A DNA stretch of 63,510 bases, counting the filler, from Candidatus Rokuibacteriota bacterium (GTDB lineage Bacteria; JAUVQV01; DATDCY01): assembly GCA_031406795.1 (NCBI GenBank). It is 7 parts of 7 records of this genome, joined end to end, with 100 filler letters (N's around TTAATTAATTAA, not from the genome) between each part and the next. Parts side by side here need not be neighbours in the genome. Positions count along the whole stretch, not along the records: positions 31,411 to 45,550 come from JANOHV010000061.1; positions 45,651 to 49,491 come from JANOHV010000149.1; 5 more parts are not named here. The stretch is one strand, 5' to 3'. A program made the translations under genes and the position numbers. Positions 38,834 through 48,314 of this stretch are shown in pieces. Below the pieces are notes generated by a model. The model searched no databases and was not told the DNA's origin. It was given only the letters and a program-made list of their open reading frames with translations. Position 1 is the stretch's first letter. The number at the start of each line of letters is the position of its first letter.

Positions 38834-40008
38834 CGGTCGACCTCCCCGAGCACGATGTCGATGCTGCCGATGATCGCCACCAGGTCGGCGAGGTACTGCC
38901 CCCGCGCCATCTCCTCGAGCGCCGCGAGGTTGACGAACGAGGGCCCGCGCAGCTGCACGCGGATCGGCTTCGGCCCGCCGTCGCTGACGACGTAGAAGCC
39001 GACCTCGCCCTTGGTCCCCTCGACGGCGGCGTAGACCTCGCCCGGCGGCGGGCTGGCGCCGTGGATCGTGATGTGAAAATAACGGATCATCGCCTGCATG
39101 TTGCGGTGGAACTCGGCCTTCGAGGGGCGCAGGAACTGCGGCGCGTCCGCCAGCACGGGACCGGCGGGCAGGTTCTCGGCGACCTGGGTGATCAGCCGCA
39201 GGCTCTGGCGCATCTCTTCCATGCGCACCAGGTAGCGGTCGTAGACGTCGCCGCGCCCGCCCACCGGGATCTCGAAATCCAGCTCGGCGTAGGCGGCGTA
39301 GGGCTCGGCCTTGCGCAGGTCCCACTTCACGCCGGAGCCGCGCAGGCTCGGGCCGGAGAGGCCGTAGTCGATCGCCTTCTCCGCGGAGATCACGCCGACG
39401 CCGCGCGTGCGGGCGCGGAAGATCGGGTTGTTCGTGATCAGGGACTCGTACTCCCGGATCGCCTTGGGGAAGATGGCCGCGAACTCGCGCACCTTCGGGA
39501 GGAAGGCCGGGGTGACGTCGTCGCGCACCCCGCCGATGCGGCAGAAGGCGTGGGTCATCCGCGCGCCGCAGATCTCCTCGAACAGGTCGCGGATCATCTC
39601 CTTTTCGCGGAAGCAGTAGAACAGCGGCGTGATGGCCCCGAGGTCCAGCAGGTGCGTGCCGAGCCAGATCAGATGGCTCTCGATGCGCGCCAGTTCGGCG
39701 AGCAGCACCCGCAGGTACTCGGCGCGCCGGGGCGGCTCGATCCCGAAGAGTTTCTCCGCGGCCATCGCCCAGCCATGGTTGTTGATGAAGCAGGCGAGGT
39801 AATCCAGCCGGTCGGTGTAGGGGAGAAACTGCTCATAGGTCAGGCTTTCGGCGATCTTGCCGATCCCGCGGTGCAGAAAGCCGATGTCCGGCGTGCAGCT
39901 GACCACCTTCTCCGCGTCGAGTTCGACGATCAGGCGCAGCACCCCGTGCGTGCTCGGGTGCTGCGGCCCGATGTTGATCGTCATCAGCCGCGCGTCGCTC
40001 ACGCTCAC
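38830..40008 (-). CDS. nuoD: NADH-quinone oxidoreductase subunit D
   Basis: GPQHPSTHGVLRL, DRLDY, DIVLGEVDR. Confidence 0.96.
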   Translation of the reverse strand: MSVSDARLMTINIGPQHPSTHGVLRLIVELDAEKVVSCTPDIGFLHRGIGKIAESLTYEQFLPYTDRLDYLACFINNHGWAMAAEKLFGIEPPRRAEYLRVLLAELARIESHLIWLGTHLLDLGAITPLFYCFREKEMIRDLFEEICGARMTHAFCRIGGVRDDVTPAFLPKVREFAAIFPKAIREYESLITNNPIFRARTRGVGVISAEKAIDYGLSGPSLRGSGVKWDLRKAEPYAAYAELDFEIPVGGRGDVYDRYLVRMEEMRQSLRLITQVAENLPAGPVLADAPQFLRPSKAEFHRNMQAMIRYFHITIHGASPPPGEVYAAVEGTKGEVGFYVVSDGGPKPIRVQLRGPSFVNLAALEEMARGQYLADLVAIIGSIDIVLGEVDR

Positions 40009-40490
40009 TCCGCCGCCCTCCCGGCGAGGGGGAAGTCGCGACGGTAGGGGTGGCCCTGCCAGTCCTCCGGCATCATGATCCGCCGCAGATCCGGGTGGCC
40101 GGAAAAGCGCACCCCGAAGAGGTCGTAGGCCTCGCGCTCGAGCCAGTCGGCAGCGCGCCAGACGCCGGTCAGCGACGGGAGCGAGAGGGACTGGTCGGGA
40201 ACGTCGACCTTGAGCCCGAGGCGGTAGTTGAACACGAGCGAGCGCAGGTGATAGACCACCTCGAAGCGCGGCGCGCGGGTGAGCCAGTCCACCGGGGAGA
40301 TGTTGGCGAGAAAGGCGAACTGCCAGGCCTGCTGCTCCTTGAGAAAGCGGGCCAGCTCCTTCAGGCGCTCGGGCTCGACGCGCAGATAGCACTCGCCGCA
40401 GCTGCGCGAGAGCTCGCGCACGGCCCCGGGCAACCGCTCGGCGAGATCGCCAAGCAGCAGCGAACCGATGTCCCTCTGCGCGGGGATCAT
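40005..40490 (-). CDS. nuoC: NADH-quinone oxidoreductase subunit C
   Basis: WLEREAYDLFG..F.GHPDLRRI, GHPYRRDFP. Confidence 0.95.
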   Translation of the reverse strand: MIPAQRDIGSLLLGDLAERLPGAVRELSRSCGECYLRVEPERLKELARFLKEQQAWQFAFLANISPVDWLTRAPRFEVVYHLRSLVFNYRLGLKVDVPDQSLSLPSLTGVWRAADWLEREAYDLFGVRFSGHPDLRRIMMPEDWQGHPYRRDFPLAGRAAE

Positions 40491-40496
40491 GCGCCC

Positions 40497-41012
40497 CTAG
40501 GCCTCGATCCTGATCGGGGGTGCGGGCACCCGCGGCGACTTCGCGATTGTCATTTGTTTCACACGTTCTTGCAGCAGGATGAACGCCCGGATCAGGTTCT
40601 CCGGACGCGGGGGGCACCCTTCGACGTAGATGTCGACCGGCACGATGGTGTCGACGCCCTGGACGACGCTGTAGGTGCGGAACGGGCCGCCGGCGGTGGC
40701 GCAGCCCCCCATCGCGATCACGAACTTCGGCTCGGGCATCTGGTCGTAGAGCCGGCGGAGGATCGGCGCCATCTTGTGGGTCACCGTCCCGGCGACGATC
40801 ATCACGTCGGCCTGCCGCGGCGAGGGGCGGAAGACCTCGGCCCCGAAGCGCGCGAGGTCCCAGCGCGCCGTCATCGTGTGGATCATTTCGATCGCGCAGC
40901 AGGCCAGCCCGTAGGCGACCGGCCAGAGCGAATAGGCCCGACCGAGATTGAGAACGGTGTCGACGGCGTCGGTGGCGAAGTTCTTCTCGAACCGGTCGTC
41001 GATCAGTCCCAC
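40497..41012 (-). CDS. nuoB: NADH-quinone oxidoreductase subunit B
   Basis: [22 protein letters not shown]. Confidence 0.96.
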   Translation of the reverse strand: MGLIDDRFEKNFATDAVDTVLNLGRAYSLWPVAYGLACCAIEMIHTMTARWDLARFGAEVFRPSPRQADVMIVAGTVTHKMAPILRRLYDQMPEPKFVIAMGGCATAGGPFRTYSVVQGVDTIVPVDIYVEGCPPRPENLIRAFILLQERVKQMTIAKSPRVPAPPIRIEA

Positions 41013-41380
41013 TGGAGCCCCCCGTTGCGCCAGAGGTAGCCGTACCCCAGCAGCAGCACCCCGAGAAAAATCATCATCTCGACGAAGCCGAACAGGCCGA
41101 GCGAAACGAAGTTGACCGCCCAGGGCAGCAGGAAGACCACCTCGACATCGAAGATGACCAGCAGCATCGCGAACAGGTAGAACCGGGTGCGCATCGGCAG
41201 ACGCGCATCGCCGATGGGCAGGTTGCCGCATTCGTAGGCGAGGGCTTTCACCGGGTTCGGTTTCGACGGCCGCACGAAGATGCCCAGCAGGAGCGTCACC
41301 GCGCCGACCCCGGTGGCGATCAGCACGGTCAGCAGCAGGGGGGCGTAACCGAGGGCCGTATCCGCTGTCGCCGGTTCCAT
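41003..41380 (-). CDS. nuoA: NADH-quinone oxidoreductase subunit A
   Basis: [17 protein letters not shown]. Confidence 0.95.
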   Translation of the reverse strand: MEPATADTALGYAPLLLTVLIATGVGAVTLLLGIFVRPSKPNPVKALAYECGNLPIGDARLPMRTRFYLFAMLLVIFDVEVVFLLPWAVNFVSLGLFGFVEMMIFLGVLLLGYGYLWRNGGLQWD

Positions 41381-41422
41381 CCATCCGCCTCCGTCGTGGC
41401 CACCAACCTGCAAACGGGCGAT

Positions 41423-41452
41423 AATCTAGTCGGAAAGCTTTCCGTGTGTCAA
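41423..41452 (-). promoter_or_regulatory. Putative sigma70 promoter of the nuo operon with a palindrome in the spacer
   Basis: TTGACA-N18-TAGATT; perfect 14-bp palindrome CGGAAAGCTTTCCG at 41431-41444. Confidence 0.55.
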
Positions 41453-41531
41453 GGACGGATCCGAAGGCGGCTTGAAAACGGCACTCTCGCCGCGCCCGCC
41501 ACCGCCGGCTGCCGAGCATTCGCGCGTGCGG

Positions 41532-41999
41532 CTAGGGCTTCACCCCGAGCTTTTCGGCGGCCTCGTCGTCCGACGGGTCGATCCGCACCACCTCGCGCCA
41601 GGCTTCGCGGGCCCGCTCGCTCTCGCCGACCCGTTCCCAGCTGCGCGCGAGCTGCCACCAGCGGTCGGGGTCGTCCCGCTCGCGCAGGAACGGGTCCTCG
41701 AGCGCCTCGTCGGCCTGCGCCCAGGCCAGATCCGCGAGAGCGTCGCGCTCCTCGTCGCGCAGCCCGGGCGCGGCGGCCCGGGCGCGCGTCTGCTCGATCA
41801 GCGCCACGATCGAACGCAGGCGGCCGTCGGGGTCGGCCGCTTGCGGGGCCGGCGCACGGATGGCGGAGCGCTCGTGAGGCAGCACCTGCGAGTTGACCGC
41901 CGGCGCCGTCCGGGCGGGAACGGCGATGAACACCGCCGCCGCGAGTGCGGTCAGCGCCGCCGAAAGTGCCGGATTTCGAGCTCCGCTCACCATTGCCAT
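41532..41999 (-). CDS. Exported TPR-containing hypothetical protein
   Basis: Hydrophobic N-terminus; C-terminal TPR (WWQLARSWERVGE...AWREVVRIDP). Confidence 0.65.
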   Translation of the reverse strand: MAMVSGARNPALSAALTALAAAVFIAVPARTAPAVNSQVLPHERSAIRAPAPQAADPDGRLRSIVALIEQTRARAAAPGLRDEERDALADLAWAQADEALEDPFLRERDDPDRWWQLARSWERVGESERAREAWREVVRIDPSDDEAAEKLGVKP

Positions 42000-42064
42000 C
42001 TCGGGGCGCCTTTCATCCGGTGCGGGCCGCGGGCGCCGACCGTCGGTATGGTACTGTATCCGGG

Positions 42065-42511
42065 ATGATCGCCGACCATGCCCGTCCCGAAAAGTCCGTG
42101 CTCTCGCGCGCCGCGCGTCTGATGAACAAGGCCCGGGACGCTTTCTACGACCGTCGCTACGAAGAAGCCGTCGAGCGCTGCCAGGAAACGCTGGAGGCGC
42201 TGCTCCCGCCCGGAGATGGCGCCGCCGCGCAGATGCCGCAAACGGCGCCGCCGACCCCCGACGACCTGGCGGTCCGCTTCCTTGAATGCTACGCCGGGCT
42301 GTTGCCGCTTCTGGAGGCGGAGCGGATCGCCGCCGTCTTCACTTTCTTCGTGCGCCGCAAGGCGCGGTTTCGCTACGAACGCGGGCGGCCCCTGCCCCGC
42401 CGCGAGTGGTGGGATTTCCTGCAGATTTCCCGCGAGGATGCCTCCGAGGTGCTGACCGCGACGCGTCTCGCCCTGGAAGCAATTCAACGGGCGACCCCTC
42501 CGGAGAGCTAG
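42065..42511 (+). CDS. Stand-alone HEPN-domain-like protein
   Basis: A..LMNKARDAF...RYEEA...CQETLE; RKARFRY; SREDASEVL...LEAI pattern. Confidence 0.6.
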   Translation: MIADHARPEKSVLSRAARLMNKARDAFYDRRYEEAVERCQETLEALLPPGDGAAAQMPQTAPPTPDDLAVRFLECYAGLLPLLEAERIAAVFTFFVRRKARFRYERGRPLPRREWWDFLQISREDASEVLTATRLALEAIQRATPPES

Positions 42512-43053
42512 ATCCCTTCGAGGTTGCGCAGCAGGAGTTCCTCGAGGTTCTTCGAGGACTTGTTCAGGTATTTTTTCGCCTTGAGCTGCCCGAGCTTCTT
42601 GAGCAGCTCGGGGGTCGGGGCGCTCGCGGTGAGAATGAGCACGGGGAGGTTTTCGTCCATCGCCTTGAGCACGCCCAGCGTCTGGAAACCGTCGATCAGC
42701 CCGGGCATGTTCAAGTCGAGGATCGCCAGCGCCACCCGCTCGCCGGGGTTCGCCGCGTTGGCCCGCAGCCCGGCCGCGAGCGCGCGGACCGCCTCGATGC
42801 CGTCGCCGGCCTCGACGATCTGGTGGTGGGTCTGTTCGAGGATGTCGCGGATTCGCATCCTGAAGAAGGGCTGATCGTCGATGACCAGCACGCGCGTGAC
42901 CTGCGCGGCCTCGGGCTCCCGTTCCGGCGGCGAGTCGAAGACGCCGACGTTGCGCCCGGCGACCTCGCCGCCGCAGACCGAACAGAGGCTGCGATTGCCC
43001 TCCAGGGTGAAATACTCCTCGCCAAAGCCACAATTGCAGACCGCTTCGGCCAT
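42508..43053 (-). CDS. Zinc-ribbon plus receiver domain protein
   Basis: CNCG...CSVCG; VIDD, LDLNMP, LTA, LNK. Confidence 0.85.
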   Translation of the reverse strand: MAEAVCNCGFGEEYFTLEGNRSLCSVCGGEVAGRNVGVFDSPPEREPEAAQVTRVLVIDDQPFFRMRIRDILEQTHHQIVEAGDGIEAVRALAAGLRANAANPGERVALAILDLNMPGLIDGFQTLGVLKAMDENLPVLILTASAPTPELLKKLGQLKAKKYLNKSSKNLEELLLRNLEGI

Positions 43054-43056
43054 GCG

Positions 43057-43785
43057 CTACTTCTTCTGCTGCTCTTTGATGAATTCGAGATAAACCTGGA
43101 CGGCCTTGTCGTTCGGGCTGGCCTTGAGCGCGGTCTTCCAGACCCGCACCGCCCGGTCGATCAGGCCGCGCATGTAGTAGGTGACGCCCAGGTGCAGGTA
43201 GGCCGGAACGTACTTGGCGTTGACCTTGAGGGCTTCCTGGAACTCGAGGAGCGCGGCGTCGAAATCCCCGTTCTCGCGCAGCGCGACGGCGAGCTTCGTG
43301 CGCAGGTCCGCGAACTTCGGGCCGAGGTGCACGGCCTTGCGGTACTCCTCGATGGCCTCGGCCAGCAACCCCAGATCGAAGTAGATGTCGGCCAGGTCCG
43401 CGTGCTGGTTGGCCAGCTTGCCGCGAATGAAGGGGTCGAGCGCGCCGGTGCCGGTCTGGGTGAAACGCGCCGCGTTCTGGAACGCGGTGCTCGCCTTCTC
43501 GTAACGTCCCAGGTTGTTGTAGGTGACGGCCAGATTCAGCGCGGCCTCGGTGTAGCGCGGATTGAGTTCGAGCGCTTTCTCGAACGCCTTGGCGGCGCGA
43601 CCGAAAGCGCCCCGCTGGTGATAGATCACGCCCAGTTTGTTGAAGACGTCGGCGAAGAACGGCGCCTCCGTCGAGAGCTTCTCGAGCAGTTTTTCCGCTT
43701 CGGCGAAGTTCTCCTTCTCGTAGAGCTTGCGGGCCAGCAGGTAAGTCTCGTGAATCTGTTCGGAGTCCGGTTTCGCCGCGGCCAT
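43057..43785 (-). CDS. Tetratricopeptide repeat protein
   Basis: About six TPR repeats. Confidence 0.9.
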   Translation of the reverse strand: MAAAKPDSEQIHETYLLARKLYEKENFAEAEKLLEKLSTEAPFFADVFNKLGVIYHQRGAFGRAAKAFEKALELNPRYTEAALNLAVTYNNLGRYEKASTAFQNAARFTQTGTGALDPFIRGKLANQHADLADIYFDLGLLAEAIEEYRKAVHLGPKFADLRTKLAVALRENGDFDAALLEFQEALKVNAKYVPAYLHLGVTYYMRGLIDRAVRVWKTALKASPNDKAVQVYLEFIKEQQKK

Positions 43786-43797
43786 GATCCTCCCTTG

Positions 43798-44574
43798 CTA
43801 CCCCTTGGATTTGTCGAGATCCTTGACGAAACGACTCTGCGGGTACTCCCGCCGCAGCTGTTCGTGGAACTGGTCGGCTTTTTCCTGCTCGTGCAATTCG
43901 CGGTAACAGTTCCCGAGCCGGTAGAGCGCCTGGTCGGCATACCCGGTGTCGGCGAACTCGCGCAGCACGACTTCGTAGCGGCCCGCGGCCGCCCGTTGCT
44001 TCCCGGTCCGGCGGTAGAAGTCCGCGACGTACAACTCGTGCTCGGCCAGCCGGCGACGGACGGCGACGAGCCCCGCGCGGGCCGACTCGAGCAGCGCCGA
44101 GCGCGGGTAGGCCCGCAGCAGGGCATCGAACGCGGCCTGCGCCTTGCGCGCCGGTTCCGGCGAGCGGTCGGGGCCGCCCATCAGCTTCTGCCAGGAGGTC
44201 GCGACCCTGAACTGCGCGTAGTCGGCGCGCGGGTTGTGCGCGTGCAGGCGCAGGAACTCGGTGTAGGCCTCGACCGCGGCGGGATACTCCTCCTTGTTGA
44301 AATACGCATCGGCGAGGGAGATCTGGATGTCGACGTCCAGGTCGGCGTTCCGATAGCCCTTTGCGGCCTCCTTGAAAGCCGTGAGCGCCTCGTCGTACTT
44401 CTCCCGGGCCGCCAGCAGCGCGCCCTGGTCGTACCACTCCTGCGCGGTCTTCTCGCGGACGGTCCCGCCTTTTCCCGCGCACCCCGCAAGCAGCAGCGCG
44501 GCGAGGACGGCCCCGGCGCAAGCCGAAAGAACAAAGTTCGACGGCGCAGTTCTACGAATCACGGTCTGTTCCAC
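43798..44574 (-). CDS. bamD: Outer-membrane assembly lipoprotein BamD
   Basis: Lipobox LAGC; TPR; LADAYF, YPRS, LAEHELYVADFY. Confidence 0.9.
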   Translation of the reverse strand: MEQTVIRRTAPSNFVLSACAGAVLAALLLAGCAGKGGTVREKTAQEWYDQGALLAAREKYDEALTAFKEAAKGYRNADLDVDIQISLADAYFNKEEYPAAVEAYTEFLRLHAHNPRADYAQFRVATSWQKLMGGPDRSPEPARKAQAAFDALLRAYPRSALLESARAGLVAVRRRLAEHELYVADFYRRTGKQRAAAGRYEVVLREFADTGYADQALYRLGNCYRELHEQEKADQFHEQLRREYPQSRFVKDLDKSKG

Positions 44575-44600
44575 CCCTTCTCGATGATAGACATCTCGAA

Positions 44601-44629
44601 AAGCTAATGTTGTCGACGGTTTCTGTCAA
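44601..44629 (-). promoter_or_regulatory. Putative sigma70 promoter of bamD
   Basis: TTGACA-N17-TAGCTT. Confidence 0.55.
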
Positions 44630-44807
44630 TAAGTTTCTGGCCGTCCCCGCCGGCCGGCAGGGACGCGGCGACGGGGGACGGGCCGCACTGCAGCGCCCGG
44701 TGCGCGCGCCTGCCGGACGGCGGCGCCCGATGAATGCCAACGGATTTCGATGTGCCCTGGAATGCCACCGGGCGCACCGGCGCAGGGCCGGCGCGCTGCG
44801 GCGGCGG

Positions 44808-45173
44808 TCACTGCCCCTGCGACTTCTCTTCGGCTTCCTGGCGGCTCTTGCAGTCGATGCACAGTGTCGTGACGGGACGCGCGATGAGCCGCTTGACGTC
44901 GATCTCCTCGCCGCACTCCTCGCAGGTTCCGTAACTCCCGTCCGCCATGCGCACCAGGGCGGACTCGATCTTCTTGAGCAGCTTCTCCTCGCGCTCGCGC
45001 AGCCGGATCGTGAAGCTCTGATTGAGTTCGACGGTTGCCACATCGCCCGAGTCGAGCAGGTCTTCACGGTCGCTGCTCAACTCCCGGTCCCCGATTTCAA
45101 GCGCCCCGGAGGTTATCTTCTCCTGAAGATCGGTGAGATCCTTGCGGATCTTCTCCAAGTCCCTTTTTCTCAT
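44808..45173 (-). CDS. dksA: DksA/TraR C4 zinc-finger protein
   Basis: DSGDVA coiled-coil tip; YGTCEECG...RLIARP...CIDC. Confidence 0.9.
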   Translation of the reverse strand: MRKRDLEKIRKDLTDLQEKITSGALEIGDRELSSDREDLLDSGDVATVELNQSFTIRLREREEKLLKKIESALVRMADGSYGTCEECGEEIDVKRLIARPVTTLCIDCKSRQEAEEKSQGQ

Positions 45174-45550
45174 TGCGTGAACCTTTCATGGGAGGTAATG
45201 GGGTCCGTGTATACCACACCTGAAACCGCCGATTCAACTTCTTCCTTCGCGCCCCGATCCGCGCGTACGCACGGATCCAGCAGCAGAGGAAGCATTTCAA
45301 CCGCCGAAAAAGCCGGATTTATTGCAGGAAGCACGGCGTGGCAGAGGTCAAGCATCGCTTGAAGCATGCATTGCGATCAGATATGAGCAACGACTTGGAT
45401 AAACCGGACCAGGTGACAAGCCTGACTTTCCTGATCCGCGCGTTACGCGCGGATTTGGGTCGCGCCGCTAGCCGGATCCGCCGGCCGCGCCGAGCGCACC
45501 GGCCGCGCCCGCGAACGCCCGCAGCGACCGGTGCTCCGGGAATCCGAGGT

Positions 45551-45650
45551 NNNNNNNNNNNNNNNNNNNNNNNNNNNNNNNNNNNNNNNNNNNNTTAATT
45601 AATTAANNNNNNNNNNNNNNNNNNNNNNNNNNNNNNNNNNNNNNNNNNNN
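45551..45650. other. Artificial contig linker
   Basis: N-run with TTAATTAATTAA. Confidence 0.99.
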
Positions 45651-45776
45651 ATCGCCACCGCCACCGCCACCGCCGTGAGCGAGCTGCGCAGCGGGTGACG
45701 CAGGGAGTTGCGCAGCAGGATCTTAAGGATGATCATTGCGGCACCTTCCGGCGGGACGCTCGCCGTTACTGGCCGC

Positions 45777-48305
45777 TCATTTCGGGCGGCCGAGCGAAAA
45801 GATGGAGATGTGTTCCCGCACTTCGCTGGAGTGGAGGCGCAAGCTTCCCATGGCTTCGAGCAGCGCGGCGACCTCGGCGCGCTGCTCCGTGGTCACGGCG
45901 CGCAGGACCGCTATTCCCTCGCGCGCCGCGGCGAGCTGGGAGCGAACGAGCGCCGCGCTTTCGCCGAGGGCGGTGGCGGTCTGCGCGGTCGACTCGACCT
46001 GACGGTGGATGGCCTCCACCTCCCGGGTCTGCTGCTTGGCCGAGTCTTTCAGCCCCAGGGCGTTGCCGCGCGCCGCCTCCGCGATGCCGAGAACCGACCT
46101 GCTGGTTTCATGCTGCTGCGCCGAGGCGCCCGCGAGTTGTCGCGACATCACTTCGATCCGCTGCATCGCCTCCTGCAGCGCGGCGCTTCTCGAGGACTGG
46201 ACGTCCGTCTGGCCCGCGATGCGCTCGTTGAGCACCCGGGTCCCGTCGATACCGGCGATGATCCTCTCGAGGATGGCAGCCAGGCTCCCGATCTGCTTCA
46301 CGCCCTCGCGGGCGGCCGCGATCCCCTCCTCGGACTCGGTCAGCGCCTTGCGGCTGTCCTCCTGGATGTTCCCGACCAGCGCGGCGATCTTCTTCACCGA
46401 CTGTTCGGTTCTTCGCGAGAGCGAACGGACCTCCTGGGCGACGACGCCGAACCCCCGGCCGTGCTCCTGCGCCTGGGCCGCGAGAATGGAGGCGTTGAGC
46501 GCGAGCAGGTTGGTCTGGTCCGCGACATCCGCGATGAGTTGCGTGATTTCGCCGATTTCGTCGGACTTGAGCCGGACGCTCCGGACGGTGCCGCCGAGGG
46601 ACTCGATGATCGTGCGGATGCGTTGCATGCCGCCGTCGGCCCGGGTCATCGCGCCGCGGCCGTCGGTGGCGGCCTCCCGGGCCAGCTCGCCGGCGTCCTG
46701 CCGCGTCTGTGCGGCGAGAGCGCGGATCTCCGCGGCAGCCTGGGTGATTTCGTGCATGGTGGCGATCGATTCGCCGAGGAACCGCGCGAGCGCCGCGATG
46801 CCCGCGCTGACCTCGGCCACCGCTGCGGCCATCTCCTGCATCGAGGAGGCGGTCTCCACCGCCGAACCCGCGAACGAGTCCGCGGCGTGTGCCGTCGTGG
46901 CCACGGAGGCTCCCATCGCCTCGAGCGAGAGCCGCCCGCGGTCGGTGGCTCCGCGCACCTCTTCCATCCCGCGCACGGTACGTTCCACGAGGTCGGCGAG
47001 CGCGCCCATGCCGCCCTCCAGCGTGGTGACGACCGTCTCCCCCCGCGAGGTTCCCGAGCCGAGGGCTTCGGAGATGCCGCCAAGCGATCCCGCGACCTGC
47101 TCCATCAGACGGAACGATCCCTCGACGCGTCCGATGATGCCTCTGAGGCGCACCACGGTTTCGCTGATCGCGGCTGCCAGGGGTTCGACCTCGTCCCGCG
47201 TCCTGAGTTCGACGGTCCGGGAGAGGTCCCCGGATGAGACCTGCTTCACGAAGGCGACGACCTCGCCGACCTTGAGCAGCACGGTCTGGACGATCAGCGC
47301 GAGCAGCAACGAGAACAGCGCCACCGCGACGACGCCGGCGAGCAGCACGCGGACGGCCATCATCCGGGACTGCCGAAGCGCCGCGGTCACCGAACCGGCC
47401 GTCGCGAGCGTTCCGAGGGTCCGGCCGTCGCGGCCGGTGAGGCTCAGGTAGCGCAGGTGAAAGGTTTCGCTGCCGACACTCAAGCGGCCCGCGGACGTCT
47501 CGAGCCGCTCCTCCCGGCCGCCGGTGAGGGCGGGCAGGGCTGACAGCGGGACGGGCGTCGATCGGTCGCCGCCGAACGTGGATGCGATGGGCGCGCTGCC
47601 CTGGTAGATGATTACCTCGGCGCCGAGGCTGTCGCCGATCCGGTGGAGCAGCGCTTCGGCGAGAGGGAGGAAACGCAGGCCGAGGAGATACCCTGCCGGA
47701 TCGCCGAATTCGTCGGTGATCGGCACGGTGACCGCCAGGCTGAGCGCGGCCCCGCCGGCGGCGATCCCGGGATCCAGACCCTCGAAGACCAGGACTTCGG
47801 CCGGCAGCAGGATCAACTGTTGCGTGGCTTTCCCGGAGGCAACGACCTCGGACAGCAGAGCGGCCGTGGCTTTGGGTTCCGTCGAGGATCGGTATTCGGC
47901 GGAGGAGGCGAGGAACACGCCCTTGGCGTCGTATCCGTGGATCACGTCGAGCCCGGTCGCGGCCAGGTGTTTTTTCAGCACCGCGGCAGTGTGGTCGGTC
48001 ATGCCCCGGGAGATCAGGGGCCCGAGCTGCAGGTGCAGGGCAGGGTTGCCGATCCCCTTCATGTGCGCTTCCCACTCCGCCTCGAGCAGAATGTGCGCGG
48101 TGCGCAGATTGCCGGCGACCTGCCGGTCGGTCTGTTCGAGCAGCGCCCGGCGCGTCTCGCGGGAGACCCAGACGCCGATCGCCCCCGAGAACAGCACGAA
48201 AAGCGCCATGACGGGCAGGGCGATCTTCGCGAAGAGCCCGACCCGCCACGGCAGCAGGGCGTTCAGGCGGTTCTGCAGGCGGACCGCCCAGCCAACGACG
48301 ATCAC
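45777..48305 (-). CDS. Methyl-accepting chemotaxis protein (Cache-like sensor, HAMP, extra-long signalling domain)
   Basis: Two TM helices, HAMP, QTNLLALNASILAAQAQEHGRGFGVVAQEV. Confidence 0.92.
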   Translation of the reverse strand: MIVVGWAVRLQNRLNALLPWRVGLFAKIALPVMALFVLFSGAIGVWVSRETRRALLEQTDRQVAGNLRTAHILLEAEWEAHMKGIGNPALHLQLGPLISRGMTDHTAAVLKKHLAATGLDVIHGYDAKGVFLASSAEYRSSTEPKATAALLSEVVASGKATQQLILLPAEVLVFEGLDPGIAAGGAALSLAVTVPITDEFGDPAGYLLGLRFLPLAEALLHRIGDSLGAEVIIYQGSAPIASTFGGDRSTPVPLSALPALTGGREERLETSAGRLSVGSETFHLRYLSLTGRDGRTLGTLATAGSVTAALRQSRMMAVRVLLAGVVAVALFSLLLALIVQTVLLKVGEVVAFVKQVSSGDLSRTVELRTRDEVEPLAAAISETVVRLRGIIGRVEGSFRLMEQVAGSLGGISEALGSGTSRGETVVTTLEGGMGALADLVERTVRGMEEVRGATDRGRLSLEAMGASVATTAHAADSFAGSAVETASSMQEMAAAVAEVSAGIAALARFLGESIATMHEITQAAAEIRALAAQTRQDAGELAREAATDGRGAMTRADGGMQRIRTIIESLGGTVRSVRLKSDEIGEITQLIADVADQTNLLALNASILAAQAQEHGRGFGVVAQEVRSLSRRTEQSVKKIAALVGNIQEDSRKALTESEEGIAAAREGVKQIGSLAAILERIIAGIDGTRVLNERIAGQTDVQSSRSAALQEAMQRIEVMSRQLAGASAQQHETSRSVLGIAEAARGNALGLKDSAKQQTREVEAIHRQVESTAQTATALGESAALVRSQLAAAREGIAVLRAVTTEQRAEVAALLEAMGSLRLHSSEVREHISIFSLGRPK

Positions 48306-48314
48306 GATCAGTCC

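Noticed and set aside
31411-41380. nuo operon as a hydrogenase or formate dehydrogenase complex
   Set aside because: NuoD lacks the NiFe CxxC motifs, and the gene order is the canonical nuoA-L.
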